Source: an uncultured bacterium (GTDB lineage Bacteria; Verrucomicrobiota; Verrucomicrobiia; Limisphaerales; UBA8199). Taken from it: DNA of 64,000 nt. Shown here one piece after another: positions 9,263 through 20,301 of this stretch. The translations under genes and the position numbers were made by a program. The stretch's first letter is position 1, and every line of letters starts with the position of its first letter. The DNA lies in contig CAVVMW010000014.1 in assembly GCA_963749495.1 (NCBI GenBank), forward strand, positions 32,001 through 96,000, in the 5' to 3' direction. A model generated the notes under the pieces. That model ran no database searches, had not been told where the DNA came from, and was given only the letters and a program-made list of their open reading frames with translations.

Positions 9263-12041
9263 ATGCAGGAGCCAGTTAATGAAATGTCCGGCCCAACGGT
9301 GGCTGGCGGGGACTTTTATGTCACCGGCGGGACACTGCGGCCGGACGCGGCCTGCTACGTGGAGCGGGGCGCAGACAAGGAACTGTGTGAGGGCCTGCTG
9401 CGCGGGGAGTTCTGCTATGTCCTGACCTCACGCCAGATGGGCAAGTCCTCGCTCATGGTGCGCGCCGTCCGGCGGCTGCGCCAGGAGCAGGCGGCCGTGG
9501 CGGTGTTGGACCTGACAGCCATCGGACAGAACCTCACGCTGGAGCAGTGGTATGACGGTCTGCTTTCGCGGTTGGGCCAGCAGTTGGGTCTGGAGGAGGA
9601 GTTGCTGGCCTTTTGCGAGGCTCATGGCGAATGGGGGCCGCTCCAGCGCTGGCTGACCGCCATCGAACAGATCGTGCTCCAGCGCCTGCCGGGCAGGGTG
9701 GTGATCTTCATCGACGAAATCGACGCCGTGCGCAGTCTGCCTTTTTCGACGGATGAGTTCTTCGCGGCGATCCGGGAGTGCTACAATCGGCGGTCGCGCG
9801 AACCGGTCTTCGAGCGTCTGGCCTTCGGCCTGTTGGGCGTGGCGACGCCTAACGACCTGATCCGGGACACGCGGACCACGCCCTTCAACATCGGGCGCCG
9901 GATCGAGTTGAACGATTTCACGCCGCGGGAAGCGGCGCCCCTGGCGCGCGGCCTGGGCACCGACGAGGCCTCGGCGCAGGCGCTGCTCGGGCGCGTCCTC
10001 TTCTGGACCGGGGGCCATCCTTACTTGACACAGCGCCTGTGCCGCTCGCTGGCCGAGGCGCTGCGCCCCGCGGCGGATGAATCGGCCCCCGGCAAGACCA
10101 TCCCGCCCGTCCTGCCCCATGTCGCGGTCGTGGATCGGCTGGCCGCCTATCTGTTCCTCTCGCGCCAGGCCCGCGACCGCGATGACAACCTGATCTTTGT
10201 GCGCGAGCGCATCCTGCGCAGCGAGGTCAATGTGGCGGGCCTGCTCTATCTCTATCGCAAGGTCCGCCTGCGGCAGCGAGTGGCCGATGACGAGACTAAT
10301 CCCCTGGCCAGCGTGCTGCGCCTCTCCGGCATCGTGCGAGGCGTTCACGGGCACCTGGTCGTGCGCAACCGCATCTATGGCGAGGTCTTCGATCAGGACT
10401 GGATCCAGACCAATATGCCCGAGGCGGAGGTGCGGCGGCAGCGCAAGGCGGGGCGCAAGGGCATGGTCTATGGTTTCGGCATCGCCGTCGCGCTCCTGGC
10501 CGGTTATATCGCCTTCGGCCCCATGGTGGGGCGCTACCTGGAGAACCGCGCGGCCCAACGCACCGCGCAGCGCCTCATCGCCACCTACCGCAACATCGGC
10601 GCCTATCAGGACACCTTCTCCAGCACGTTCGACCTGGTCCTGGGCGGCACCATCGTGCCAGTTCGGCTCGGGGTCGCTGATTTTCGAGGCCCCCGACCGG
10701 TTCGATCTGGCCGTCCAGAGCGAGCTCTGCGCCCCAGGCACCCAGTTGCGGCTGCTGCGCGACGGCCCTCGTTGCCGCGCTTATGTCCCTGCCTCGCAGG
10801 AATATGTCGAATATCCCGAGTTCCCCGAGGAACCCTTCCCGCGCGGGCCCTTCCGTGGTTCCCGCCGGCATCCCCCGCCCCCCGTGCCCCCCGGGGCCCC
10901 TGGCCCGTCCGCCCCCTTCGACCTGCCGCCGCAGCTCAGTCGCCTGCTCGGCCCATTGCGCGTGCTGCCCCTCTACCGCCTCTTCCTCGGACCGCAAGCC
11001 CTGGATCGGTTCAACCACGATGCTCGTGACATCCAGTTCGGCGGTCATGCCGACGTCGAGGGTGAGCCGACCTATATCATCCGCTGGAACCACGACGCCG
11101 CCGCGCTGCTGGGCCGGCTTGGCCGGACCGACTCTTCCCTGGAAGGTCAATGGGTCCAGGTCACCGCCTGGGTCAGCAGCGTGAGCCACCTGGTAGTGCG
11201 CATAAAACTGGACCTCTCCCCGTGGGCAAGGCAGTTGCTCCGAGGGCCTGACGAATTGCCGGCCACCGGCCTGACCGTCATCGAGACGCACAAGTACATC
11301 CGCACGCTGGCCACGCCGCCGCTCTCCAACCGCTCACGATTCGAGCCGCCGCGCAACGCCAAGCCGGTGCTCGACGTACTCGACCTGCACTTGCGGGGTC
11401 CCAACCTCGCGGCCCTGGCCTCGCCCGAGCGCCGCTTCTCGGAGCTGATTCCTGCCCGGTTGCCCCAGGCCGGCCCGGACCTGATCGACCTGAGCCAGTA
11501 CTACAATGCGGCGATGGCGCAGACCTGGCACCCGGGCTCCATCTACACGAACAACACCCTGGACGTCCTGCCGTGCGGCCTGCTCCAGATGGGCAACGTC
11601 GCCTTCGACGTGCGCGGCATCGTCCAAATGGCCGGTGGCCGCTTGAAAGACGCCGGCGGCCGTTACCCCGTCGAGATCAACGGGATTACGATCGCCCAAC
11701 GCTGCCGCCTGCTCCACTTCCTCCACGCCTCCGGGTGGCGCTCCCCGGATGGCACGCTCATCGGCTCCTACGTCGTCCATTACGCCAACGGCTCCAAACA
11801 AGTCATCCCCATCGTCTATGGCGAAGATGTCCGTGACTGGGTCTCCGAGAGCGACGATTCGACCAAGGTCAAGCGCGGCGTCCTGGCCTGGAGCGGCCTC
11901 AACCGGGCCGGCTTCCATGTGCGCCTCTTCCGCACAACCTGGGTCAACCCCACGCCCGAGATCGAAATCAATACCATCGACTGCATCTCGAGTCTGGCCG
12001 ATGCCGCCCCCTTCCTCCTGGCCATTACGGCTCAACGGTAG
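9263..12041 (+). CDS. AAA_35 STAND ATPase with a transmembrane helix and extracytoplasmic domains; frameshift near 10660
   Basis: TSRQMGKSS, IFIDEID, TPFNIG, TGGHPYLTQ; TM segment GMVYGFGIAVALLAGYIAF; continues in the ORF 10197..12041 frame (LolA-like region, then a beta-sandwich with LHFLHAS...YVVHYANGS). Confidence 0.8.
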
Positions 12042-12210
12042 CAGCCCAGCGCCAACGGCGCGGCCTCATACCTGGGGCAACGCTCTGCCCGCGCGCGTCG
12101 CGCAGCGACGCAGTGGAGGCAGCCGTGGACCGAGGTCCTTGGCATTACCCACATCCTCGGGTGCCCTCATGAAGCGGATCTGATGGGCCTGACGGATCTC
12201 CGAAGCACAT

Positions 12211-12408
12211 TTCTCATCCCGGAGGGATGCCAGAAGGTAGCCGGGGGTCGAAGCGTAGCGAGACCCCCGGTGCCGCGACGGCAAGGGATTGCATCCCGGA
12301 GGGATGCCAGAAGGCGCCCGCCGCCAACGTGTGCTCTTCTGGCACCCCGCCGGGGTGCAGGGCCACCGACGCCCTCAACCGGGGGTCGCCGCTGGACGGC
12401 GACCCCCG
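12211..12408. repeat. Family A composite REP element, interrupted by the Y1 element end
   Basis: Close reverse complement of 16383-16580. Confidence 0.8.
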
Positions 12409-12589
12409 TCCGGAGGAGGGGTCAAACCATAACTTTTCACTTTTTGACCTCCTCCGCCTCGGTCTTGCGGCGCAGATACAGCTTGTTGTTCAGGCTCTTC
12501 CAACTGCCCATGTGCAACCGCTCGGCGATTTGGCGGACGGTCAAGGTGGTCTGGCGCCGCAACCGGAGTAAGGGTCAAACCATAACTTT

Positions 12590-13390
12590 TCACTTTTTGA
12601 CCTCCTCCGCCTCGGTCTTGCGGCGCAGATACAGCTTGTTGTTCAGGCTCTTCCAACTGCCCATGTGCAACCGCTCGGCGATTTGGCGGACGGTCAAGGT
12701 GGTCTCGCGCCGCAACCGCGCCGCCAGGGCCAGCTTTGCCGGGTCGCCCTTCAAGTGCCCCTTCAAGTCATCCTGGCTCCATCGCAAACGCTTCAACTCC
12801 TCCGCAACGATGCGCTCCCCTTTGGCTTCGGCGCTCTCACGCCTCAACTTCCCCGAATGCTGATCACTCAGGCGCGCGTCCATCTGCTCCAACAGCTTGG
12901 CGCGGAACTCCTCGCTGCCCAGACACCAGCCGCGCTTTAGTGGTTTCCATTGGGCCGCATCGTCCTCCTCGGTGCGGCGGCGCTCCATCTGCCGCTCAAA
13001 CTGCTCTCGTCCGCAAGCGGTGTCTTTTTGGATCCCGTGTTCGCCCAGCAAGCGGTCCACCCGCATCCAGCCCGGTCGGTGTTCCGCCGCGGCCAAATAC
13101 CAAGCCAAGCTGCTCCAGGGATACTCCAACAAGCGTTCTTCCCTACCCAACAGCCCTGCCCGGACCGGATTCAGATGCACGTAGTCACAGGCCCTGCGCA
13201 GATACCCGTTGCCGCTGCCCTCGACCACAATCGCCTTGTAGCGTCCGCTGAACACGTGACCGGAAAGCTTGTGCCGGCCGTTGAGCCGGATGGTATAGCT
13301 GCTCAGCAGCCAGCGCATTCCCGCCACCAGATTGGCGTTGGGCGTTTCGACGACCAGGTGGAAATGGTTGCGCATCAGACAGTAGGCATG
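12590..13390 (-). pseudogene. 5'-truncated copy of the Y1 transposase
   Basis: Nearly identical to the full copy from HAYCLMRNHFH onward; the N-terminus is missing. Confidence 0.85.
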
Positions 13391-13416
13391 CGGAGTAAGG
13401 GTCAAACCATAACTTT

Positions 13417-14370
13417 TCACTTTTTGACCTCCTCCGCCTCGGTCTTGCGGCGCAGATACAGCTTGTTGTTCAGGCTCTTCCAACTGCCCATGTGCAACCG
13501 CTCGGCGATTTGGCGGACGGTCAAGGTGGTCTCGCGCCGCAACCGCGCCGCCAGGGCCAGCTTTGCCGGGTCGCCCTTCAAGTGCCCCTTCAAGTCATCC
13601 TGGCTCCATCGCAAACGCTTCAACTCCTCCGCAACGATGCGCTCCCCTTTGGCTTCGGCGCTCTCACGCCTCAACTTCCCCGAATGCTGATCACTCAGGC
13701 GCGCGTCCATCTGCTCCAACAGCTTGGCGCGGAACTCCTCGCTGCCCAGACACCAGCCGCGCTTTAGTGGTTTCCATTGGGCCGCATCGTCCTCCTCGGT
13801 GCGGCGGCGCTCCATCTGCCGCTCAAACTGCTCTCGTCCGCAAGCGGTGTCTTTTTGGATCCCGTGTTCGCCCAGCAAGCGGTCCACCCGCATCCAGCCC
13901 GGTCGGTGTTCCGGCGCGGCCAAATACCAAGCCAAGCTGCTCCAGGGATACTCCAACAAGCGTTCTTCCCTACCCAACAGCCCTGCCCGGACCGGATTCA
14001 GATGCACGTAGTCACAGGCCCTGCGCAGATACCCGTTGCCGCTGCCCTCGACCACAATCGCCTTGTAGCGTCCGCTGAACACGTGACCGGAAAGCTTGTG
14101 CCGGCCGTTGAGCCGGATGGTATAGCTGCTCAGCAGCCAGCGCATTCCCGCCACCAGATTGGCGTTGGGCGTTTCGACGACCAGGTGGAAATGGTTGCGC
14201 ATCAGACAGTAGGCATGGACCTGGAAACCGGTCTTCTGGCAGCACTCGGCCAGCGTCTTGAGAAAGTCCTGCCGGTCCACGTCATCCAGGTAAATGTCTT
14301 CCCGGCGGTCCCCACGGCTCAAGATGTGGTAAATCGCCCCGGGGTATTCGACTCTGATTTGCCGCGGCAT
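13417..14370 (-). CDS. REP-associated tyrosine transposase-like protein (Y1_Tnp) with a C-terminal HTH
   Basis: MPRQIRVEYPGAIYHILSRG, HUH motif YCLMRNHFHL, YVHLNPVRAG, YPWSS. Confidence 0.92.
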   Translation of the reverse strand: MPRQIRVEYPGAIYHILSRGDRREDIYLDDVDRQDFLKTLAECCQKTGFQVHAYCLMRNHFHLVVETPNANLVAGMRWLLSSYTIRLNGRHKLSGHVFSGRYKAIVVEGSGNGYLRRACDYVHLNPVRAGLLGREERLLEYPWSSLAWYLAAPEHRPGWMRVDRLLGEHGIQKDTACGREQFERQMERRRTEEDDAAQWKPLKRGWCLGSEEFRAKLLEQMDARLSDQHSGKLRRESAEAKGERIVAEELKRLRWSQDDLKGHLKGDPAKLALAARLRRETTLTVRQIAERLHMGSWKSLNNKLYLRRKTEAEEVKK

Positions 14371-14570
14371 CGGCAACACTCTGCCAGTACCCCTGGCCTC
14401 CCGTCAAGTGAAAAGTTATGGTTTGACCCCTTCATCCGCCGGTCCCCACGGCTCACGATGTGGTAAATCGTCCCGGGGTATTCGACTCTGATTTGCCGCG
14501 GCATCGGCAACACTCTGCCAGTACCCCTGGCATCCCGTCAAGTGAAAAGTTATGGTTTGACCCCTTCATC

Positions 14571-15975
14571 GATGGAGTTGCTGGCCCCAACGGTGTAGGT
14601 GTTCGTCGGGGTTAGTGTGCAAATGGCTGTCTTGTCAAAATCGAGCCCCGCATCCAGCGGATAAACGTCGAACTCGACGCTTGTTTGGCCTACGCCGATG
14701 ACCAGTGAACCGAGGAGGGGGTCGTAATCCGTCCCGTTGATCGCCGTCCCGCTCATACTGTAGAAGACCGTGAGGTTTGCCGCCTGCACCGGGGACACGA
14801 GGACGTGGAAAAATCCCTTGGTCCAGTCGAGTCCGCCTGGGCTCGACGGTTCAATGGCCACCGTGTTATCATTTTGCTCGAGGGCGAGCGAGACCATGGG
14901 GAGGGTGGGCGGCGAGTTGGTACACTTGCCAGCGGAGCCCGCATTGAAGATGGCTTGGATCTGCCCAGCGGTGAGGGCCTGGTTATAGACCGAAACTTCG
15001 TCGATGCCGCCGTACCACCACCAGCCCTGGCCTGAGCCAGAGGGCCGCGCGCCGAAATAGAGGCCGTAGCCCGGCCCCGTTTGCGGCTGAATGGAGCCGA
15101 CGTGATTGCTGGCGACCTGGAGGCCGTTGAGGTAGATGAAGGCGTTGCTCGAACTCCTATCATAGGTCAGGGCGGCGTGGGACCAGCGCCCCACGGGGAT
15201 GAGCGCGGCGGCGCTACTGATCCAGTGGTTGCCGCCGGCGGTATCAAAGAGATTGGCAAAGAGGCAGCCCGGACCCGTGCCAGCGCCCGGCACGGAAATC
15301 CAGAAATGCGCGCCGTAAGAGTACGTGGGAGGGCCAGAATTCCACTCGATTATCGGGTGCTGGGAAGCGGTGTCGGCGGGGTTGATCCAGGCCTCGAGGG
15401 TCAGGCCGGCCCCGGAGCCTACGTCGAGGGTGGATGAGTAGGGGACGTGGACATAGGAGCCTGCGCCATTGAGGCTGAAGGCAAAGCCGACCTCGCCGGA
15501 GGAGGTGTAAGCGGGCGATCCCTGCCAGGCGGCGTTAGTGTTCAAGCCCTGTTGGTCGGCAGTGTTGTTTTCGGCGCGCCACCAGCTCACCAGGTCGGTG
15601 AGGGGCGCGACGCACAGCGGGGCGGCGAAACACTTGCCCGTGGTCTGGGCGTTGTAGATGGCCTGAATATCCGCGCCGGAGAGCGCGACGTTGTAGAGAG
15701 AGACCTCGTCGATCCCACCACACCAGCGGGCCGCGCCGGAGCCGCAGACGCGGGCGCCAAAATAGAGGTCCACGCCCGTCTTCGGGGTGAAGTTGTGCCC
15801 CAGGGGCGCGTTCGTGGCCAGGCTGCCGTTAAAATAGAGGCACCCAGTGCCATTCGTCTTATCGTACGTGAGGGCCACATGAGACCATTGGAACACGGGG
15901 ACCAGGTTGGCGAGCGTTGCGAAATAGTGACTGTAGCCGCCCGTATCAATGAGATTGGCGAACAGGAACCCGGCT
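14571..15975 (-). pseudogene. Fragment of a multi-LamG (concanavalin-like)/Calx-beta surface protein
   Basis: Repeated WSHVALTYD...GGIDEVSLYN units. The 3' end is cut by the transposon end, and the recognisable sequence stops mid-domain at about 15975 with no start codon. Confidence 0.75.
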
Positions 15976-16358
15976 AAAGCGAAAGCCGGCGGCCCCTCGG
16001 CCTCCGGCCGATTTGCGGGGGGGGGCAGGTTGCCAGGGCGGTGGCAGGAGATTGACGCTGGACCTTCCTTGCGGGATCGAAACCGACAAATCCGAACGCC
16101 CCAACCGACTTATCTCACCTGGGAGAAACATAGACCCACCTGTTACTCTCGGATTAAACCAGACGGGGTACGCGTAGTCAAGAAAACTGAGGTCTGGTTC
16201 GTGAAGTATAAGCAGCGCGCATTCAGGTTGTGATCTCTGGCCGTGTGCGGGAGTTTGTCCCGAATCCTCGAAAGGCATCGAATCGAAGGGCTACGGGGTG
16301 AGCCGGGCGCAGTGCGCGCGCGGCCTCATACCAAGCGTGGGGCAACGCCCGGCCCACC

Positions 16359-16580
16359 CGGAGGGTTGGCAGAAGGTAAGCCGGGGGTCGCCGCCCTCCG
16401 GCGACCCCCGGTCGAGTGCGTCGAGGGCCCTGCACCCCGGCGGGGTGCCAGAAGAGCACACGTGCGCGGAGGGCGCCTTCTGGCATCCCTCCGGGGTGCA
16501 ATCCCTTGCCGCCGGGGCTCCGGGGGTCTCGCTACGCTTCGACCCCCGGCTTACCTTCTGGCATCCCCCCGGGATGAGAA
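16359..16580. repeat. Family A composite REP element
   Basis: Inverted relative to 12211-12408. Confidence 0.8.
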
Positions 16581-17043
16581 ACGGGAAGAAATCTGTCGTG
16601 CGCCCTTGAACATCCTGGCCGGCTTCGTGTCGAAAGGTTCAGCAGCACTACAAGCCGCAGCCAGCCAGGGCGAGCCAGGATGACACACCCGGTTGCCGCA
16701 AAACGGGCCGGCCCTGGCGGAAGAAGCTTCGATCTTTTTTTGGTGTCAACCCGGCGCCGGTTCTATACCATCAGAGCAGAAACAATGTGATGAAGAGCAT
16801 GGTCATTCCGGGGTCCGACCCCGCCCGCCAGGTTCAGCGGCCCGGCTGGAAAGGGCCTCGGCCCGGCCTGAGAGCGCGTCTGAAAAGGGGTGGCACGGGC
16901 GTCTCGCCCGCGAGAGACAGGGGCGGGACGCCCCTGCCACAGAGGCTTTTCAGACACGTTCTGAGAGGCACGGGCCCCGGAGGCCGGGACATTCGCCTTG
17001 CCCCCGCGAGGCGCGCAATCAACAAACTCACAGTGCCAACAGC

Positions 17044-20000
17044 ATGGACATGAACTCAACTTCGGCCAACCGCACGATCAACCAGAGCGAAGTCGGTTCG
17101 GAGAAAAGCCAATTCGTCGCCGTTGTCCTGCCTTGGGTCGTAGCGCTCGGGGCATTGGTGGTCTATTTGGCGACACTCAACCCATGGCTCTCGTTCAACA
17201 ACCTGTTGAGTGTGGCCAAGACCTCCGGATGGACCTGGCAACCGGAACTCATCGGTCCGGTCTGCTGGCTGCTGATGTGGCCGCTGCGCAAACTGCCGCC
17301 CCAGGCCATCCCCGTGGCCGTCAACCTGTTCTCGACGGTTTGCGCGGTCCTGACCCTGGCCCTGCTCGCCCGCTCCGTCGCCCTGCTGCCGCATGACCGC
17401 ACGCAGGAACAGCGCGAACGGGAGCGAAGCCCCTTCGGGCTGCTCTCGACCCGCAGCGCTTGGCTTCCCCCGGTGCTCGCGGTGGTGGTCCTGGGCCTGC
17501 AACTGACCTTCTGGGAAGATGCCACTGCCGCCTCCGGCCAGATGGCCGACCTGACCACCGCGCCTTTCGCCAATCACTGCGAGATGCTCGACCTGCTGCT
17601 CTTTGCCTACGTCATCCGCTGCCTGCTGGAGTTCCGCATCAGCGACCGCCAGTCCTGGCTCTCGCGCGCCGCGTTGGTCTATGGCCTGGCCATGACCGGC
17701 AATTGGGCCATGATCGCCCTGCTGCCGCTCTTTGTCATCGCCGTCATGCGCATCAAAGGACTGAACTTTTTCAATGGCCGGTTCCTGGGGCGCATGACCT
17801 TGTGGGGCCTGGCGGGCCTGTCGTTCTACTTCCTGCTCCCCGCGGTCCAAAGCGTGCGGGACATCTCCAAGGTGCCCTTTTGGCCGGCCCTGTCGGCGGA
17901 GCTGGGCCAGCAAAAGGGCGCCCTTTCGCTGCTCCATGTCTATTTCTCCTATTGGAAGGAGCAGGCCCTGTTGCTGGCGGTGACCTCTCTGGTCCCGGTC
18001 TTCCTCATCGGCATTCGCTGGACCTCGCATTTTGGCGACATCAGCCGCGTGGGCATCTGGCTGACGAACCTGACCTTCCAAGTCGTCCAGGGCGTGCTCC
18101 TGGGGGCGTGCATCTGGGTTGCGCTCGACCCCAAACTCAGCCCCCGCAACAGCGGCTTCGCCATGCCCTGCTTCACACTGTTCTATCTCGGAGCCCTGGC
18201 CGTCGGCTACTTGAGCGGCTATTTCCTCCTGGTGCACGGACGCCGCTCACGCCTCTCGCGCAGGCCCGCCCCGCTGACGCCCCTGAACCGGTGCATCGTG
18301 CTCGCGGTGTGGCTCCTGTTGCCGACAGTCACCGCCCTGCTGGTGTGGCGCAACCTGCCTCAAATCCGCATGACCAACGGCCCGATGCTCAAGCAATACG
18401 CCAGCCACCTGGCCCAGACCCTCCCGCCCAAGGGCGCCATCCTGCTCAGCGATGACGCCAGGCAACTGGTCCTGCTCCACTCCTACCTCACCCAGAATGC
18501 CAAAGACCGCAATTATCTCTTCGTGGACACCCAGTCCCTCCAGGTGCCCGAGTACCACCGCTTCCTGAGCAAGCAATACTCGACCAACTGGCCCGTCGAC
18601 ATGCCCCGCGACGTCCAGCAACTGGTCCGGGACAGGCCGCTCATGGGCGTCATCTACCACCTGTCTGCCAGCAACTCGGTCTATTACCTGCACCCGAGCT
18701 TCGGCTATTACTTCGAGGTCTTCGATACCGAACCTCATGGCCTGACCTGCAAACTGACCCGCTGCCACACCAATACCCTGATGGCCCCTCGCCTCTCCGG
18801 AGAGGTCCTGGCGGAAAACGGGGCCTTCTGGGCCCGCGCCGACCAGGCCGCGCTCAAACCCCTGGCCAAGGCCATCTCCGCCCAACGCGAGAGCGAAACC
18901 TGGCTCGACCGCCTCCTGGATCGGCTTTACCTCAAGAAGCTGCCCAACCGGGACGCCACCATCCTCGCCAGCTTCTACGCCCGCGCCCTGAACAATTGGG
19001 CCGTGCAGGCCCAGCGCCAGGGCGAGCTCGCCCAGGCTGCCACCTGGCTTCGGTGTGCCCTGGAGCTCCGGCCGGAAAACCCCGTCTTCCTGGTCAACCT
19101 GGACTGCAACAAGAGCCTCCAGGCCAAGTCCCGGCTCACTCCGCCCAGGGCAGAGTCCGTTGAAGGGCTCCTGAACCAATACCGGCGATGGGACAATGTT
19201 TTGAACGCGAACGGGCCGTTCGACGAACCGACCTACTGCTACCAGCAGGGCCTGGAGTTCGTCAAAGGCCGGCTCTACCGCCAGGCCGCCCAGAACTTCG
19301 CCCGCTCTTCGGCCCTGGCTCCGGATGAGGTCCTGCCCCGTCTCTGGCTGGCGAGAATGGACATCCTGCGCGGCCTGCCCGACGATGCCCTCGACGTGCT
19401 CAAGGACATCCACGACCCCGCGCGCAAGATGGACCTGGCCCGGACCAATCTGATCGACCTGGTCCTCGTGGAATCGGCAACCTACCTCACCAAGGGCGAA
19501 GTCAAGGAAGCCGAGTCCAGCGTGCAATGGGCGCTCGACAAGGACCCCGGCGACGAAGTGCTCCTGACCACCGCGATGCGCGTCTATCTCAGCTACGGCA
19601 TCGTCTCCAATGCGGTCGCTTGCATCGAAGCCGCCCTGGCAAAACGTCCCGAGGATGAGAATCTGCTGGTCATGGCGTCGCAAGTCTATTTGAGCGCCCA
19701 GCGCTACACCAACGCCCTGGCGAGCATCAACGCCGCCATCAAACGGCACCCCGCCGACGACCTGGCCAAGCAATTCATGCTCGCCACGGCAGCCCAGATT
19801 CAGATGAACGCCGGCCTCTACTCCAATGCGATCGTCTGCATCGAGCGCCAACTCAAGCTCAACCCCAACAACCCCCAGGCCCTCGCCTCCGAAGGCTATG
19901 CCTGCCTCCAACTCGGGGCCTTCGACCAGGCCGTCAACTTCCTGACCAAGGCCATCAACATGGAGACCAACAACACGCCCGACCTCAAAACTTATGCCCG

Positions 20001-20250
20001 GCTCAATCGCGCCGTCACTTACCTGCGCAGCAACAACCTCGACCAGGCCAAACGCGATTACGAAACCCTCCAAAAGACCTTCCCCTCCGCCTACCCGGTC
20101 TATTTTGGCCTGCAGGAAATCGCCTACCGCCGGAAGGACACCAACGCCGCCATCCACTATATCCAGTTGTATCTGACTAACAGCCCGCCCGAGAACGAAG
20201 CCAAATCGGTCCGCGATCGGCTCAAGGAACTGAGGCCCGGGTCCGATTGA
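17044..20250 (+). CDS. Multi-pass membrane protein (DUF2723/TMEM260-like GT-C fold) with C-terminal TPRs
   Basis: About 11-13 hydrophobic segments, VYLATL motif, ILLSDD, then Ala/Tyr-rich TPR helices. Start taken at ATG 17044. Confidence 0.75.
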   Translation: MDMNSTSANRTINQSEVGSEKSQFVAVVLPWVVALGALVVYLATLNPWLSFNNLLSVAKTSGWTWQPELIGPVCWLLMWPLRKLPPQAIPVAVNLFSTVCAVLTLALLARSVALLPHDRTQEQRERERSPFGLLSTRSAWLPPVLAVVVLGLQLTFWEDATAASGQMADLTTAPFANHCEMLDLLLFAYVIRCLLEFRISDRQSWLSRAALVYGLAMTGNWAMIALLPLFVIAVMRIKGLNFFNGRFLGRMTLWGLAGLSFYFLLPAVQSVRDISKVPFWPALSAELGQQKGALSLLHVYFSYWKEQALLLAVTSLVPVFLIGIRWTSHFGDISRVGIWLTNLTFQVVQGVLLGACIWVALDPKLSPRNSGFAMPCFTLFYLGALAVGYLSGYFLLVHGRRSRLSRRPAPLTPLNRCIVLAVWLLLPTVTALLVWRNLPQIRMTNGPMLKQYASHLAQTLPPKGAILLSDDARQLVLLHSYLTQNAKDRNYLFVDTQSLQVPEYHRFLSKQYSTNWPVDMPRDVQQLVRDRPLMGVIYHLSASNSVYYLHPSFGYYFEVFDTEPHGLTCKLTRCHTNTLMAPRLSGEVLAENGAFWARADQAALKPLAKAISAQRESETWLDRLLDRLYLKKLPNRDATILASFYARALNNWAVQAQRQGELAQAATWLRCALELRPENPVFLVNLDCNKSLQAKSRLTPPRAESVEGLLNQYRRWDNVLNANGPFDEPTYCYQQGLEFVKGRLYRQAAQNFARSSALAPDEVLPRLWLARMDILRGLPDDALDVLKDIHDPARKMDLARTNLIDLVLVESATYLTKGEVKEAESSVQWALDKDPGDEVLLTTAMRVYLSYGIVSNAVACIEAALAKRPEDENLLVMASQVYLSAQRYTNALASINAAIKRHPADDLAKQFMLATAAQIQMNAGLYSNAIVCIERQLKLNPNNPQALASEGYACLQLGAFDQAVNFLTKAINMETNNTPDLKTYARLNRAVTYLRSNNLDQAKRDYETLQKTFPSAYPVYFGLQEIAYRRKDTNAAIHYIQLYLTNSPPENEAKSVRDRLKELRPGSD

Positions 20251-20301
20251 CCTTTCGGATTTCGGATTTCGGATTTCGGATTTCGGAGCATCGGGTTTCC
20301 C

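Larger units (their letters stand above)
12411..14570 (-). mobile_element. Y1/HUH (RAYT-like) element: one full copy (13391-14436), two 3' fragments (12411-12563, 12564-13390) and one 5' fragment (14437-14570)
   Basis: Near-identical repeated sequence. Three segments begin cggag(taa/gag)gggtcaaaccataacttttcac and two end gtgaaaagttatggtttgaccccttcatc. Confidence 0.9.

Noticed and set aside
15949..16233. Lower-GC 94-aa ORF next to the LamG fragment
   Set aside because: No recognisable motif or convincing start; possibly a gene remnant.
16693..17043. N-terminal extension of the 1185-aa ORF
   Set aside because: Overlaps a palindromic repeat (gcgtctgaaa...tttcagacacg); ATG 17044 or 17050 is the more plausible start.
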